Shown here piece by piece: positions 39,007-53,381 of a stretch of 64,000 bases of DNA (position 1 is its first letter; every line of letters starts with the position of its first letter). The DNA is taken from positions 4,898,001 to 4,962,000 of the forward strand of contig NC_042999.1 of assembly GCF_006345805.1 (NCBI RefSeq), in the 5' to 3' direction. The stretch comes from Octopus sinensis. Taxonomy: Eukaryota. The notes below the pieces were generated by a model. It saw only the letters and a program-made list of their open reading frames with translations, was not told where the DNA came from and searched no databases. A program made the position numbers and the translations under genes.

Positions 39007-40862
39007 GTATTTCATCTTTGATCTGTTTCATTAAAGTTTTTTATCACAGTTTTTACCTTATTTGGAATGGAGGCACCACCTTGAAGAATTTTTAGTCGAA
39101 TGAACGAATCAATTCCAGTACTTTTTTTTTTCAAAGCCTGGTACTTATTCTATCAGTCTCTTTTGCTGAAGCACTAAGTTACAGGACCATAAACACAAAC
39201 ACATACACAATGGTCTTTCAGTTTCTGTCTACCAAATCCACTCACAAAGCTTTGGCCTGCCTGAGGCTATAGTAGAAGACACTTGTGCAAGCTGCCATGC
39301 AGTGGAACTGAACCCGGAACCATGTGGTTGGGAAGCAAGCTTCTTATCACACAGCCACATGTTAATCTATTCTAAGAAATTTAATGATATCAATGCAGTG
39401 ATGCTTCATGTTTATAAACAAGCAAAGTTTTGGGAAATTAAAGAATCTCTTTGTATAGAATTTATTGATTTGTATACTTTGCTGATACAAGCAACACTTA
39501 ATAGTCAAGACATCACTTTTACCATTTTTATGTCTCAAGCTGCCCCTCCACTCCTGGTCCTCACTTACTACATTCACTTCTACCCCCATCACTACTCTTG
39601 CACATAGCTAAGTGGTTAGGGTGCTCAGCTTACGATTGTAAGCTTGTGAGTTTGATACCTGGCAGTATAGTGTTTCCTTGAGCAAGACACTTTACTCCAT
39701 GTTGCTCCAGTCCCCTCAGCTGGCAAAAATGAGCTGTAGCTGTGATTCAAAGGGCCAGCCTTGCCTCGTTCCATGTCGTGCTGAATCTTCCTGAGAACTA
39801 CATTAAGGGTCCCTGTGTCTGTGGCGAGCTGGCAGAATCATTAACACGCCGGGCGAAATCCTTAGCGGTATTTTGTCTGCCGCAACGTTCTGAGTTCAAA
39901 TTCCGCCGAGGTCGACTTTGCCTTTCATTCTCTCGGGGTCGATAAATTAAGTACCAGTTATGCACTGGGGTCTATCTAATCGACTTAATCCATTTGTCTG
40001 TCCTTGCTTGTCCTCTCTGTGTTTAGCCCCTTGTGGGTAGTAAAGAAATAGGTACCTGTGTCTGTGGAGTGCTCAGCATCTTACACATTATTATATTGTG
40101 TGTATGTATTTGTGTGTGTGTGTATCCTAGTCTTGACATCATGTGGTGTTTGTAGGAAAAGCATTTGGGCTGTAGAAAATCTGCCTCAACAAATTCTGGG
40201 TACTATTAGCGAACAGTGGTCCCGGTGTGTGCACACGCGCATCCGCAGTAGCTAGTCGTAAGTAGTCAATCTTAAATAATTTTTAAACTAAGTAAATAAA
40301 TTATTTTTATAAACAAACTAAGGTTAGGGTTAAAAAGTCATTGTTGGATCGACTACTTATGAAGAGCTAGCGCGGATGCACGTGTGCACGCACCAGGACC
40401 ACTGTTCACTAGTAGTACCCAATTCTGTGTGGCCCATTCAGGCTTGGAAAAGTAGATGTTACATAATAATGATGATGATAATACAAATGTATAAAGTGGT
40501 GTAGAGTTGTTCTAAATGTCTTCACTTTCATTCCCTTCAGGAAGTACATTGAATCAGGACAGTTGGATTTTACTAATCACCAAGAGATGTGTACAGGTCG
40601 CTGTGTACCGCACGCACCTTTGAAGACAATGGTATTTGATGATGGCACTTTGGCCCCAATCTCAACTCTGCTGGCAGAGACTGGGATTAGCATTAAAGAA
40701 AACAATTATCTCTATGTTTCTGAACAGACTTCTGGCAAAATTGCTGAAGCAGTAGGAAGTCAGTATACGTATGTTAATCAATCTCAAAACCAAGATGACC
40801 CCGATGTCAAACCAAGTGTACAGGTTCTGCATAGAGCTGTGACAGCTGAAAACACTGAAGAA

Positions 40863-40893
<31 letters not shown>

Positions 40894-43800
40894 AACCACC
40901 TGATGGTATGTAATTTGCTATTTATTAACTAATGAACATCTATCCTTGTGCCTCTTAATCTTTCAAACGCTCAACTGGCACAAAGCCACTCCTGCTTCAA
41001 TACGATTTCCCGTGTCCTCCAAGCCAAGAAGTTTTGCCTTGCAAATTGCTTGGTGACCCTGTTGGTGTTGGTGCCATGAAGGGCATCCAGCTGTAGAAAC
41101 CATGCAAGAACAGACAATGGAGCCTGGTGCAATTCCAGCCTTACCAACTCCTATCAAACTGCCCAACCCATTCCAGCATAGAACAATGACATTAAATGAT
41201 GATGATGATGATGATCACTTCTGGTTCCTTTTTATTAGGCAATCTACCATAGAACCTAACTCTTTCCTCTTTCTTTTTGTTTGTTTTGTTTAAGCTCTGC
41301 TTCTTCTAGAAATTCACATCTTTTAATCTTTTACTTGTTTCAGTCATTGGACTGTGGCCATGCAAGGGTTACTACCTTAAAGGGTATTTTTAGTTGAACT
41401 AATTAACCCCAGTACTTTAACTCTTGTACTTATTCTATCATTGACTCATGACAAACCACTTACAGGGATGTTAACAAACCAACACTGGCTCTTAATGAGT
41501 GCTAGGGGACAAACACAAAGATGCACACACACACACACATATATATTGGGTCATCCCATAAATAACAGTTATTTCAATTGGATGAACTAAAAGTCGGAGG
41601 ACAGGATAAACTACCTGCATCAACTTGCTATAAAAGCAGGTAGTAATTTTACCTTGTGCTTATTCTTGGTGCAAATTTTGAAGAGTACTTTTTTCAGGAA
41701 ACCTTTGGTCCCCTTGTGAGTCTACTTCGGTAGGTGGAAACTGTGTAGAGCCAATCAAATAATGTATTTTAATTACTATATTACACTGGGTGTAGTTAAG
41801 GCAGTGAGCTAGCAGAAACGTTGGCACGCCGGACGAAATTCTTAGTGGTATTTCGTCTGCCGTTACGTTGAGAGTTCAAATTCCGCCGAGGTCGACTTTG
41901 CCTTTCATCCTTTCGGGGTCGATTAAATAAGTACCAGTTACGCACTGGGGTCAATGTAATCAACTTAATCCCTTTGTCCTTGTTTGTTCCCTCTATGTTT
42001 AGCCCCTTGTGGGCAATAAAGAAATACATATTAGACTGGGTGTAGGCGTGGCTGTGTGGTATGAAGTTTGCTTTCCAATCACACGGTTCCAGGTTCACTC
42101 CCACTGTGTGGTACTTTGGACAGATGTCATCTACTATAGCTTCAGCCTGACTGAAACCCTGCTCTGGATGGACTGATTTAATAGACGGAAACTGAAAGAA
42201 GCCTGTTGTATCTATGTGTGTGTGTGTTTGTCACCCACCATCACTTGACAACTGGTGTTGATTTGTTTGTCTCCATAACTTAGCAGTTCAGCAAAAGAAC
42301 CGATGGAATAAGTACCAGGCTTAAGATGAAAAGTACTGGGGTCAAACAAATCGACCCCAGTACTAAAATTTCTTCAAGGAGGTGCTTCAGCATGGCCACA
42401 GTCTAATAACTGAAACAAATAAAAGATAAAAGATATTCTTTTCTACTCTAGGCACGAGGCCTGAAATTTTTTAGGGGAAGGGGTCAGTCGATAAGATTGA
42501 CCCTCAGTACACAACTGGTATTTAATTTATTGACCACGAAAGGATGACAGGCAAAGTTGACCTTGGTGGAATTTGAACTCAGAACATAAAGACATGAAAA
42601 CTGCTAAGCATTTCCCCCAGGGTGCTCACGTTTCTGCCAGCGTGCTGCCTTAAAAGATAAAAGATATTATCACAAGAATGGTTTCCTGCTGGGTTTTATT
42701 TATATTCTTACAATCTTTCCAAAAGTGAATTGTTTTCGCCTTCTGTTGAAAGGCTGTCCTAATTGTCAAATGCTTGAAGCATTTTTTAACTGGATGTTTG
42801 TTGATTTTTGACAACAATGATTCAATTTTTTGATCCATGCGATTTCTTCTCCTTCACTTTGAATGGGTTTCCACTTGATAGATGGGTCTTCTCCCTGACT
42901 GTTCATTGAATTAACAGCCAAGTAGTGTTGGAGGCACAAAACAGCACTCAGTACACCAGTACACACTGTAAAGTGGTTGGCATTAGGAAGGGCATTTGGC
43001 CAAAGAAGCTTTGCCAAAGCTGCAATTGAAGGGCAATGCAGCCCTGTGGCTTGCCAAATCCTGTTGAACAAACCACACACACGATGAGCTTCTTTCTGTG
43101 TCTGCCTATCAAATCCACTCACAAGGCACTTTTGTCAACCCTGGGTTATAGTAGAAGACACTTGCCCAAGGTGCCCAACAGTGGAACTGAACCTAGAACC
43201 ATGTAGTTGGGAAGCAAGCTTCTTATTCACACAACCACTCCTTTCTAGTTTCCATGAAGATTATTTTCTTTACTTCTTGTTTTACATATTTCACGTCCTT
43301 AATTAAAGCAATTTCTAAAAATTCTTTGCAGCCCCTTGAAGCCTCAATCTTCAGGGCCTTGAGTTGTTTCTTGAATACAATATTTAAAGGAAGATATTTG
43401 GTCCTGTAGTTTTTGGTTTATCCTATTGAAAAAGGTTTACTGTGGAATGTATTTTGAACACTTCAGTTGCGGACACTTGACATTTCATGTCAAGTGCCAA
43501 ATTAAATATTCTATACTTCAGTGCTGTGCTTATCTCGAAAACTCTTTTTGTTTTAATAAGTCAAAATGAGTCTTTTTTGGTTTTGTTTCTTTCTTTTTGC
43601 AGTTTTACAGACATTTCCTCGTGCTAGTTCTACTGGTGAGATGGCTTATGTTGGAGCACAGCCCGGTGGCTCTGGTAAGGTTTGAGCTCACGACTGTGAT
43701 CATTGCTCTAGTAGCTTAACCACATAGCCATTGTACTTCATCAACTAACAACTGTTCTTGTTTCATGAAATACTTACCAAGACACATTCTCACACTGATA

Positions 43801-46800
43801 AATAAACTCCTTAGTATCTCTGTTATTAATCACCATCATCATTTGGCACATGTGGTCGTGATCCCTGTGCCAGTGGCACGTAGAAAGCACCTTCCAAACG
43901 TGACTGATGCCAGCGCCGCCTTGACTGGCTTCTGTGCCGGTGGCACAAAAGCACCAACCGATCGTGGCCGTTGCCAGCCTTCCCTGGCACATAAAAAGCA
44001 CCCGCCTCACTCACAAAGTGATTGGTGTTAGTAAGGGCATCCAGCTGTAGAAACACTGCCAGATCAGATTGGACCCTGGTCGAATCGTCCAACCCGTGCT
44101 AGCACGGAAAACGGACGTTAAACAATGATGATGATGAAAAGCAATGACATTTGAACACCTGGAGGTTTGCTTTTCTATGTTAGTCTGTTTTACTGGCATT
44201 GACTAAGCTAAAGATATCTTAGTGGTTTTTGTATTGAGGGAAAATACTAATGAAAGCTAAACGAACCAACTGAGTTGATTGGAGACAAATTAGAATGTCA
44301 TCTTTGCCATCATTGTTTGCTTTCCATGCTGTCAGGAGTTAGAGGGGTTGCCACAGTTTGCAGAATTACTACCCTCTTTGACATAGTTGCAGGAAAGCAC
44401 CTTGTTCTTGTATTTTGTACTGGCAAGGTATCTATGGTTGGATGTACTTCAATCATTTTACCGAATGTACTGGGTGCATTTTATCATGGTGCCAGCTCTA
44501 GGCAGGTTGTTATGTCCTCAGTAAGAATAAAGGGTCCTTTCAACCTTAGGATACCCCTGCTTGTTTACCGACCTCTTTGCAGAGTGAATGGGGTACAGTT
44601 TATGATGGCACCAGCACCAGTGAGGTTACCTTCTACTCAGCAAAACTGTTGCAAATCTCAGTTCTCTCTCCCTCTCCATATTTCTCTGCTTTATTTTGTG
44701 CAACAAAGCAAACAACAAACATAATCTACAAAGTGTGGGAGGATTGATGGAAACAAACTAATATAACATCACCATCATTGTCGTCATCACTTTAACGTCT
44801 GTTTTGTGACGTGTCTGTGTCATTGTTTTGACATTGTGTGCTGTTGCAAATGAGCATCATTTATGTACAGTTTTTCCATGAAAAAATATCTGGCTATGGG
44901 GAGGTGCATGGCTTTGTGGTTAGGGTGTGGGATTCATGATTGTAAGATTGTGGTTTCAATTCCTGGACCAGACCATGCACTGTGTTCTTGACCAAAATAT
45001 TTCATTTTACGTTGCTCCAGTCAGCTGGCAGGAATGAGCAATCCTGTGGTGGACCATGAGGAATATATTTTCCAGAGAAACTGGGAAACCAGTCCTATGC
45101 TCCTGACGGAGTAATATGGACTAACCGATGGGGAATATTATGTTGCTTGGAAACAGGTTAGGGTTGGCAACAGGAAGTGCACCCAGCCTTAGAATCTGCC
45201 TCAGTGAACTTCATCTAAAGCCCTCAGATGTCTTTATTCCTTACTCTTCGCTTAGAATACACTCAAAATAATTTCATTACATTCAATCTCTTTTTCTCTT
45301 TTTGTAATCACCAGGCAGGTCTGTGTGGTTAGGAAGTGTGCTTTGCAAGTGTGTGATCTCAGGTTCAATTCCAGTGCACAACACCTTAGTTTAATTGTCG
45401 TCCACCACAGCCTCAGGTCAACGAATTGAAAGTGCGTGGCTTCATAGTTAAAGTTTTCGGCTGACAATCGTAAGGTCATGAGTTCAATATCCAGCACCAC
45501 ATTGTATCCTTAGGCAAGACACTTTATTTCACATTGCTCCAATTCATTCAGCTTACGAAAATGAGTTGTACCTGTGATTCAAAGGGGTCAGTCATGACAG
45601 TCTGTGACACACTGCATCTCCTTGAGAACTACATTGAGGATACGTGTGTCTGTGGAGTACTCAGCCACTTGCACATTAATTTCCCCATTAGGCCGTTCTA
45701 TTGATTCTATCAACTGAAACTCTCCTTGTTGTAACTGATGCAAAGCCAGTTACGTCAGCCAAATCTTTCATCATCATCATCGTTTAACGTCCGCCTTCCA
45801 TGCTGTCATGGGTTGGACGATTTTGACTGAGGACTGGCAAACCAGATGGCCACACCAGGCTCCAATCTTGATCGGCAGAGTTTCTACAGCTGGATGCCCT
45901 TCCTAACACCAACCACTCCGAGAGTGTAGAGGGTGCTTTTTATGTGCCACCGGCATGGGGCCAGTCAGTCGGTACTAGCAATGACTTCGCTCGAATCTTT
46001 TTACACATGCCACTGGCACAGGTGCCAGTAAGGCGACGTTGGTAACGATCACGCTCGAATGGTGCCTTTTACGTGCCACCAGCACGGAGAGTAAACTATG
46101 AAATCCTTTGGAAGGACTAATCTCGTTCTTGGGGGGTAGACTTTAGCTTCTGGTTTAGCACTACCACCACTTGGCTTTTGGGTGTCTTTGTTAGTGTCCA
46201 TTCTGTGCCAGTGCTCAGGCCAGATCTCTCAAATGACAACTTCCTTTCTTTCTCCTATCAGTCTTGCAAAGGATCATGGGTGCTACTCTTCTCTGGCTAA
46301 ATCAGTGGTCCTCAGCCCTTTTTTTTTTACTATGGACCCTTTTGATTCCTATTTTATTCTACTGGACTTCAATAGCCATTCACTGCATATAAAAAAGAAA
46401 TCCTACTGTATTTTTATAATTAAATATTACTAGGGATTGTATAAAAATATTAAAATATTTTGTGTATTGTAGAATTATAACCAACTTATTGCAGTTAAAT
46501 TTTAAATAACAAACTCTTATATAGACCCCCAAGGGTCATATGAAAACCACTGGGCTAAACCACTAAAAATAAACAAGTGAAATAGTCCAGAAGAATTTTT
46601 TGAATTCTCTTACAGTTGATTCTAATATTCTATTCTAAATTAATTTTTACATTCTAAATTCTATTACATTTTCATTTATATATATATACATATATATATA
46701 TATACATCTTAGGAGTCAAACTTTCCATTGAGTGTATAATTGTTTACTGTTATTCCTTGAAGAAATGATGTTCGTGTTTTTCGTCTCTTGTAGAAAGTCA

Positions 46801-49800
46801 GCTATTTTGGAAAGGAATCATTGAGCTCGGACTTGCTGATGAAATATTTCGGGAATTTAAGAACACCTTGGACAATATAAAATATAAGCTCATTCGAAAC
46901 CAATGTCCACTTGAAGGTAAGTTTAACTTTGTTATAAATCAATGTCAGATCAGTCCTGAATGAGCGTACCTAGGCTCTAAACCAGGGTTTCTCAACATTT
47001 TTACCCTTGCATAACCATTAAAATAAATTACATGTCTCAAGGAACTCCTGCACAAAAAAATTATATACCATGTCTTTCTCATATTTTTTTCATCGTAGTT
47101 CACGTAGTAAATATCATATATATATATATATATATGGTTGTTATATTTTTTTGATAATATAATAGGTTAGATAGGATGATGTCTATATTACAATAACCAA
47201 TAATATGTTGTACATTTATAGTAATATTAGCAGTATCGCCCGGCGTTGCTCGGGTTTGTTTTGACCCTTTAGAATTGGAATTTTTGAAAAGTAAAAATTT
47301 TGCATTATGTAGCTTGTTATTCTCTTTAAGTGAACATTTTTCTGTTTGAAATACATCAAAAAATGGCGACACAGCAGTAAAAAAAATCGTAAAAAATAGG
47401 GATTTTCATAGAAAAAAATCACATTTTTGGTGTTAACATAGTCCGATTTGAATTTTTTATTCTACGGAAGGAAGAGCAAGCCTTCTTCTATCATACTCTC
47501 AATTTTGGTCAATTTGCACCGCAGGGTCTTGGAGGAGATAGTGTTAGTTGAAGGCTACCCAAACCTGCCATACACAGACAACTTCAGCTTTATATATAGA
47601 GATTATGATCATGAAATTAGCATTGGCTTATTTCTTTCTCATGGAACCCCAGTTGAGAAACACTGCTCTAACCTATTGCAGCCATGACTGTCCTGTCTTT
47701 TATTGAACATTGTGTATTTAGGACTACATTATTCAGTGTGTCTCTCCCTTTTTAAGGTGATAGTGTGTAATTTCAATGCAATAGTTGTAAACGAGTATCA
47801 CTGTTGTACAAGCAGTGTCCTTTATTTCCAATCTTCCATGAAAACATGTCTGGCGGTGGAAAAATATTGTCTTGCTTAGAAACAGGTGTGTGTGGGTGAC
47901 ACAAAGGACATTTGGTAATAGAAAAATCTGCTTTGACAAATTCTGTCTTATATTCATGCAAAATATTTTTTGAAAGTCGTGAGCTACAAACTGTGGTGTT
48001 GTAGTCAGTTGCCTTGTCAACAAATCATTGCTCACTTTATGCTTTCAATGACATCATCATCACCATTTAATGTCGGTTTTCCAGCACGGGTTGGATGGTT
48101 TGACCGGTGTCTGGGAAGCCAGGAGGCTGCACCAGGCTCCAGTCTGATCTGGCAGTGTTTCTACAGCTGGATGCCCTTCCTAACACCAACCACTCTGTGA
48201 GTGTAGTGGGTGCTTTTTCCGTGCCACCGGCACAGGGGCCAGAGGAGGCTGGCAACGGCCACGGTCGGTTGGTGCTTTTTACGTGCCACTGGCACTGAAG
48301 CCAGTCAAGGCGGCACTGGCATTGGCCACGTTCGGATGGTGCTTTTTACATGCCACCGGCACTGGTATCACAACTACAATTTCCATTGATTTTTGATGTT
48401 GATGTACTTGACTCAATAGGTTTCCTCAAGCACAGGGTCGAAACGGTGTTTCTTTACTTGCCACCTGCACAGGAGTCAGTCCAGTGGCACTGGCAACTGC
48501 AGGGTGCCAGTCGTAGGACTTGGATGGGAAATAAAAGAACTCTTACTTGAAAACCGGGTAAGGCTTGATGACAGGAAGGCCGTCTGATTGCAGAGCACTG
48601 CCTCAGTTAATGTAAGATGTCAAAGCCTGGAAAAAGAAGAGACAAAAAAAGACATAAAACAAATTGAGAAAGAATTTCTTTTCTGGTATCAAAACCTTCA
48701 AGTCTGTTTTATTACTGAAAATTGATTTGAAGAATAATAATAACATTGTAATATCATTCCATATCATTGCAAGACCGTTAGTATGCTGGGCAAAATGCTT
48801 AACTGCATTTCATGTTTGTAGATTCTGAGTTCAAATGCTACCAGGGTCGGTGTAATCCACTTTCCACTGCTCTGAAATTGCTGGCCTTGTGTCAAAATAC
48901 TTCACAGTATTTCGTCCATCCTTAAATCCTTAAAAATGTTTTAGCCCGAAGGCCACGGCCATGCTGGGGCACCACCACTGAATGAGATACACTAATATGT
49001 AAATCCACCTCTGATACATGGCACTTGATCAACAAGGGATTTCGATGCTGCTGCCCGCATCTGCGTCTCCTGTCGTGAGGTAGGTTCATCTGGGACTCCC
49101 GACAAGAAGAGATCCAGTTTAGTTGTAAAGAAACCCACATCCACACCATGTAAGTCTCTCAGGCATTTAGGGAGGATGTTAAAGAGCTGTGGTCCTCTGA
49201 AACCCAAGCTGTTGCAGTATCTGGACCTGTATTTTGATGGTGATGTTGGAATCTTTGGCACCATGCAGTGGCGCCCTGTTCTGCGGTTGGGGTAACTTTG
49301 AATGCCAAAGTTTGGGACAAGACCCTCCAGGATTTTCCAGATGTATATCACCGCATATCTCTCCCGCCTCCGCTCTAGGGAGAAGAGGTTTAATACTTTC
49401 AGTCTTTCCCAGTAGCTTGATGTTCTGAGTTCAAATTCGGCTAAAGCTGACTTTGCCTTTCATCTTTTTGCGGTCGATAAAGTAAGTACCAATTGTGTAC
49501 TGGGCTCGATGTAATTGACTTATCTCCTTCCCCCAAATTGCAGGCCTTGTGCCAAAATTTGAAATTAGTGTTATTCCATATGCTTAATTATGAATTGCAG
49601 AAGTGCGGAAGGTTTCTAGAGTTGTCAGTGAACTGGGTTTGACATCGAAACTGAAATACAGGTTGGCAGCTCACAAGACTGACATGGAACGGCAGAAAGA
49701 TAAACTTGATAAAGAAATGGAAGGTAAAGTGTCTACATTCTTTCGTTTTATTTTCTTTGGTGGTATTGGTTTGAAATTTGTAAGTTTAGGTTTTTCGTTG

Positions 49801-50327
49801 AGGGGGGGGGGGTGATTCAAGCTGTTATTGTGGTAATTAAAAAGAAAAATTTGTTTGTCTTTAAATAAAACCTCTTTAACAACCACTTTGAGCGTCTTTT
49901 TGAGCTCCATGTGTCTAACACATGTAGGCATGTCTACAAAGTCAGTAAACAGCTCAGCTCCCACGACTTTTGAAAACATTTTTTCACACTCAGAGTTGCT
50001 GAAGAATGAAACAAACTACCTGCTTCAGTTGTTAGTTGCTGAGACATTGCATCCTTTATTATGGATGTAAAACAAATGGACGGGGACACACACACACACA
50101 CATACATAATATATTTAGATCAAATTTACAGAAAACAAAAGACAAAGACAGGTAAAGGAACAATAAGCAGGTATATTAGTTTAATGCTCAGAACGAATGG
50201 AAAAGTTGTTGACATTTCGAGCCTATGCTCTTTGACAGAAAGGATTAAGAGGAGAAAAAATATGTAGGGATTAACGGTTCAACATGATGAAATGGCTGGA
50301 AGAAAGGGCCTGAAAAAAAATATACAT

Positions 50328-50360
<33 letters not shown>

Positions 50361-52094
50361 AGTTTCTTTAATAGCAGCTACATTGTCTGGTGTCAGGTAA
50401 AAAGAACCCAGTATACTCTGTAAAGTGGTTGGCATTAGGAAGGGCCTCTGGCCGTAGAACCCTCACCTAACAGACAATTTGAGCCTGGTGCAGCTCTCTG
50501 GCTTGCCAGTCCCTGTCAAACCATCCAACCCATGCCAGCATAGAAAACAGACGTTAAATGATAATGATGATATATGATTCACATCTCATCATTAAGTCTG
50601 TTTCTTTTTTGATTCATATTGGTGCTTATGATGTCAAAACACCCCTACCCTATCTCTAACCATCCCTCACTCTCTCTGTACATCCTTGCAACCTCTGCCC
50701 ACCCAGCCTCCACCTATTCTTATATAATACAAGTAGCCATGTATCTCCTTTGCAGCAAGACACTGTTCCAGGCTCTTCCTAGCTTTAAAGTTGCCTCCCC
50801 AGCTATTCTAGTCTCATTCAGTTCATGGAGAGCTTAGTCCTGTGAGTGACATGGTGACCTCATTGATGTTGGTGCCACAAAAATGTATGCTGCATATTCT
50901 GTAAAGTGTTTGGTGTTAGAAAAGGGCATCCCGCTGTAAAAAGCATGCCAAAGTCGACATTGGGGCATGGCACAGTTCTCTGACCTGTTTAGACTATAGT
51001 AGAAGACACTTGCCCAAAGTCTTTTGAAATAGGACAGTACCTGGAACCATATGGTTGCAAAGCAAATTTCTTAACAGTACTGCCCCATGCCAGTCTGTAA
51101 AGAAAATGTTTTTGGTTTTTATTTGTTATTTTTTCAATTAATATTCAAAGAATAATAATTTTTTTTAATGTAATGAAAAGAAGGGAATGCACCTAAAATA
51201 TAGTCCTCGTTCCTTGATATATATCTGAATATCTATACTAGCGGTCGTTCTCAACTGCGGACCCCAGGGCCACATGTGACCTTCAAATATCCTTCTAATG
51301 GACTCTGACAGTCTTCCCACTATGATTATAATAAATTTTTCTTCAATTCATTTGTGTTTTACATTTTTTGCTGTAAACCCCTTAAAAAATATTATAGGTT
51401 TTGGATCTAGCCTGGATATTAAAAAGGTTGTGAACCACTGTTCCAGATGATTAACCCTTTCGTTACTGTATTTCTGTTGAGATGCTCTGTGTTTCTTTCA
51501 ATTACTTTAGATATGACAAAGAATTTAGTAAAATAACTTCGTTTTCATTCAGCTAGTGCTAGGAACATAAACTGTGATTAAGGTTTGGTGGAAGATTTTA
51601 ATTCAAAACGTATAAAAACAAGACATTTGTACGCAGAGTCAGATTCAGCCGTGTTGGTAATGAAAGGGTTAAATAAATTTTCTTACAGAGAGGATATTAG
51701 AATTACTCTGCTTATATGAATTTTCTTTATCTTTTCTTTCTTAGAACTTCGACGTCGAGTTGCCGAAGCGGAACACAAGAAGGAATTACTAAAGAGGAAG
51801 TCTCAGTGCTTTGACCATTTATTGGAGATTAGTAAATCCAAACGACAAGGCCTTCTAGCAGACAGTAGTAGTTTGCTTATGCATTCTACGTCTCCTAGTC
51901 CGGACAGCAGCCAGCTGACTTACCATGAGAACATGAACTCTGTCCATGTAAAAACTCTCTGCGCATCTTCATCTTCAAATTCATCAGGACATTTTACAAT
52001 GCATCCTGCAATTTTAGACGGAACCTCTAACAATCAATCTACGAGTAGGACTCGGAGCCCCGTTAGTGTGGAAGAGGCTCGATCAACTTCTTAA
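38795..52094 (+). CDS. GMEB: GMEB-like SAND/KDWK-domain transcription factor, right paralog (5 coding exons: 38795-39006, 40541-40905, 46794-46916, 49601-49723, 51745-52094; 390 aa)
   Basis: Same exon structure as the left copy (212+365+123+123+350 nt = 391 codons including stop). Canonical splice sites, no premature stop. Confidence 0.88.
40541..40905 (+). CDS. GMEB: Coding exon 2, right copy
   Basis: Appears identical to the left exon 2 by eye, including the polyQ codon pattern. Confidence 0.85.
46794..46916 (+). CDS. GMEB: Coding exon 3, right copy
   Basis: SQLFWKGIIELGLADEIFREFKNTLDNIKYKLIRNQCPLE; canonical AG/GT. Confidence 0.85.
46983..47665. mobile_element. hAT-type MITE with nested Helitron
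   Basis: CAGGGTTTCTCAAC / GTTGAGAAACACTG termini; TSD ctctaaac/ctctaacc. Confidence 0.75.
47227..47602 (-). mobile_element. Non-autonomous Helitron-like element
   Basis: On the minus strand: 5' TC start, 3' CCCG-AGCAACGC-CGGG hairpin followed by CTAA. Confidence 0.65.
48921..49416 (-). mobile_element. CR1-clade LINE 3' fragment, right arm only
   Basis: ORF 48992-49351 (IYIWKILEGLVPN...FRGPQLFNILP...VPDEP); splits a SINE fragment that is contiguous at left ~11385. Confidence 0.8.
49601..49723 (+). CDS. GMEB: Coding exon 4, right copy
   Basis: VRKVSRVVSELGLTSKLKYRLAAHKTDMERQKDKLDKEME; canonical AG/GT. Confidence 0.85.
51455..51668. mobile_element. piggyBac-type MITE, right arm only
   Basis: TTAA|CCCTTTCGTTAC...GTAATGAAAGGG|TTAA; single TTAA at the left-arm empty site (~10415). 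Confidence 0.9.
51745..52094 (+). CDS. GMEB: Last coding exon, right copy
   Basis: ttag|AACTTCG...TCTTAA; 9 nt shorter than the left copy in the Ser-rich tract. Confidence 0.85.
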
Positions 52095-53022
52095 GTTTTA
52101 TTGAGAAAAAAAAAAAAACTTATCTTCACAATGGCTTATTTTATATGCAAAGCATTCCCTGGTTGTATTCTTATGTAAATATGTATTTTTTAAGCTTCTT
52201 CAAAGTTAATGATTATTATTATTATTATTATTACAGCACAGAAAAAGACAAAAATAATTGATTGGCACATGGAAAATGGGGGTTTATTTTGTGTAAAAAA
52301 CTTTAAAAAAAAAAGGCAGCAATTTGAAAAATGACCCAAAATAAAACAATCAAAGTGAAATTTGTTAAAACCGTCTCTAATTTTAGATATTAATATTTTG
52401 GAGGCGTGTCTCATAGTTCTTGCTAATTCATTGCAGAAACCACACCAATTGTAATGGAATTTACAATTACAGTTGTTCACCAGCTGTGATGTCCCTGGAA
52501 GGGAACTTTAAAAATATATAAACAGCTTACAATGCAAACACCAATACAAGTGTTGTTTCACTGCTTTTGGTACCCACCGTTTCGATATTTCTGTTCACCA
52601 AGACCCCTAATTGATCCACAAATCAGGCATTTATTTTTCTATGTTCAAGCTCTACACTCGATTCATAAATTAGTTATTTATTTTTTTATCTCTTTCCAAA
52701 AAGACAACAGGAAACAATAACAACTTTTTTTTAACAAAAACCAACAAACAAAACCAGATTTTTAAAGCTGGATAGAAAAATATACTAGGAATTTTATTAG
52801 AAATCAAGATTTGTACCTTTCTTTTATTCTTTTATTTGTTTCAGTCATTTGACTGTGGCCATGCTGAAGCACCACCTTTAGTCGAGCGAATCGACCCCAG
52901 GACTTATTCTTTCTAAGCCCAGTACTTATTCTATTGGTCTCTCTTGCCGAACCGTGAAGTGACGGGGACGTAAACACACCAGCATTGGTTGTCAAGCGAT
53001 GTTGGTGGGAGACAAACATATA

Positions 53023-53126
53023 TATATATTATATATATATATATATTATATATATATGTATATATATATATATATATGTATTATATATATATATATGTAT
53101 ATATATGTATATATATATATATATAT

Positions 53127-53218
<92 letters not shown>

Positions 53219-53302
53219 ATATATATGTATATATATATATATATATATATGTGTATATATATATATAATATATATATGTGTATATATATATATATATATG
53301 TG

Positions 53303-53342
<40 letters not shown>

Positions 53343-53347
53343 TATAG

Positions 53348-53381
<34 letters not shown>

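Noticed and set aside
49855-50070. Right-only intron 4 ORFs
   Set aside because: Short, with no recognisable motif; cannot be supported as an alternative exon.
51745-51830. Apparent frameshift or premature stop in the right last exon
   Set aside because: Recounting gives GAA CAC AAG AAG GAA TTA, in frame with the downstream ORF in both copies.
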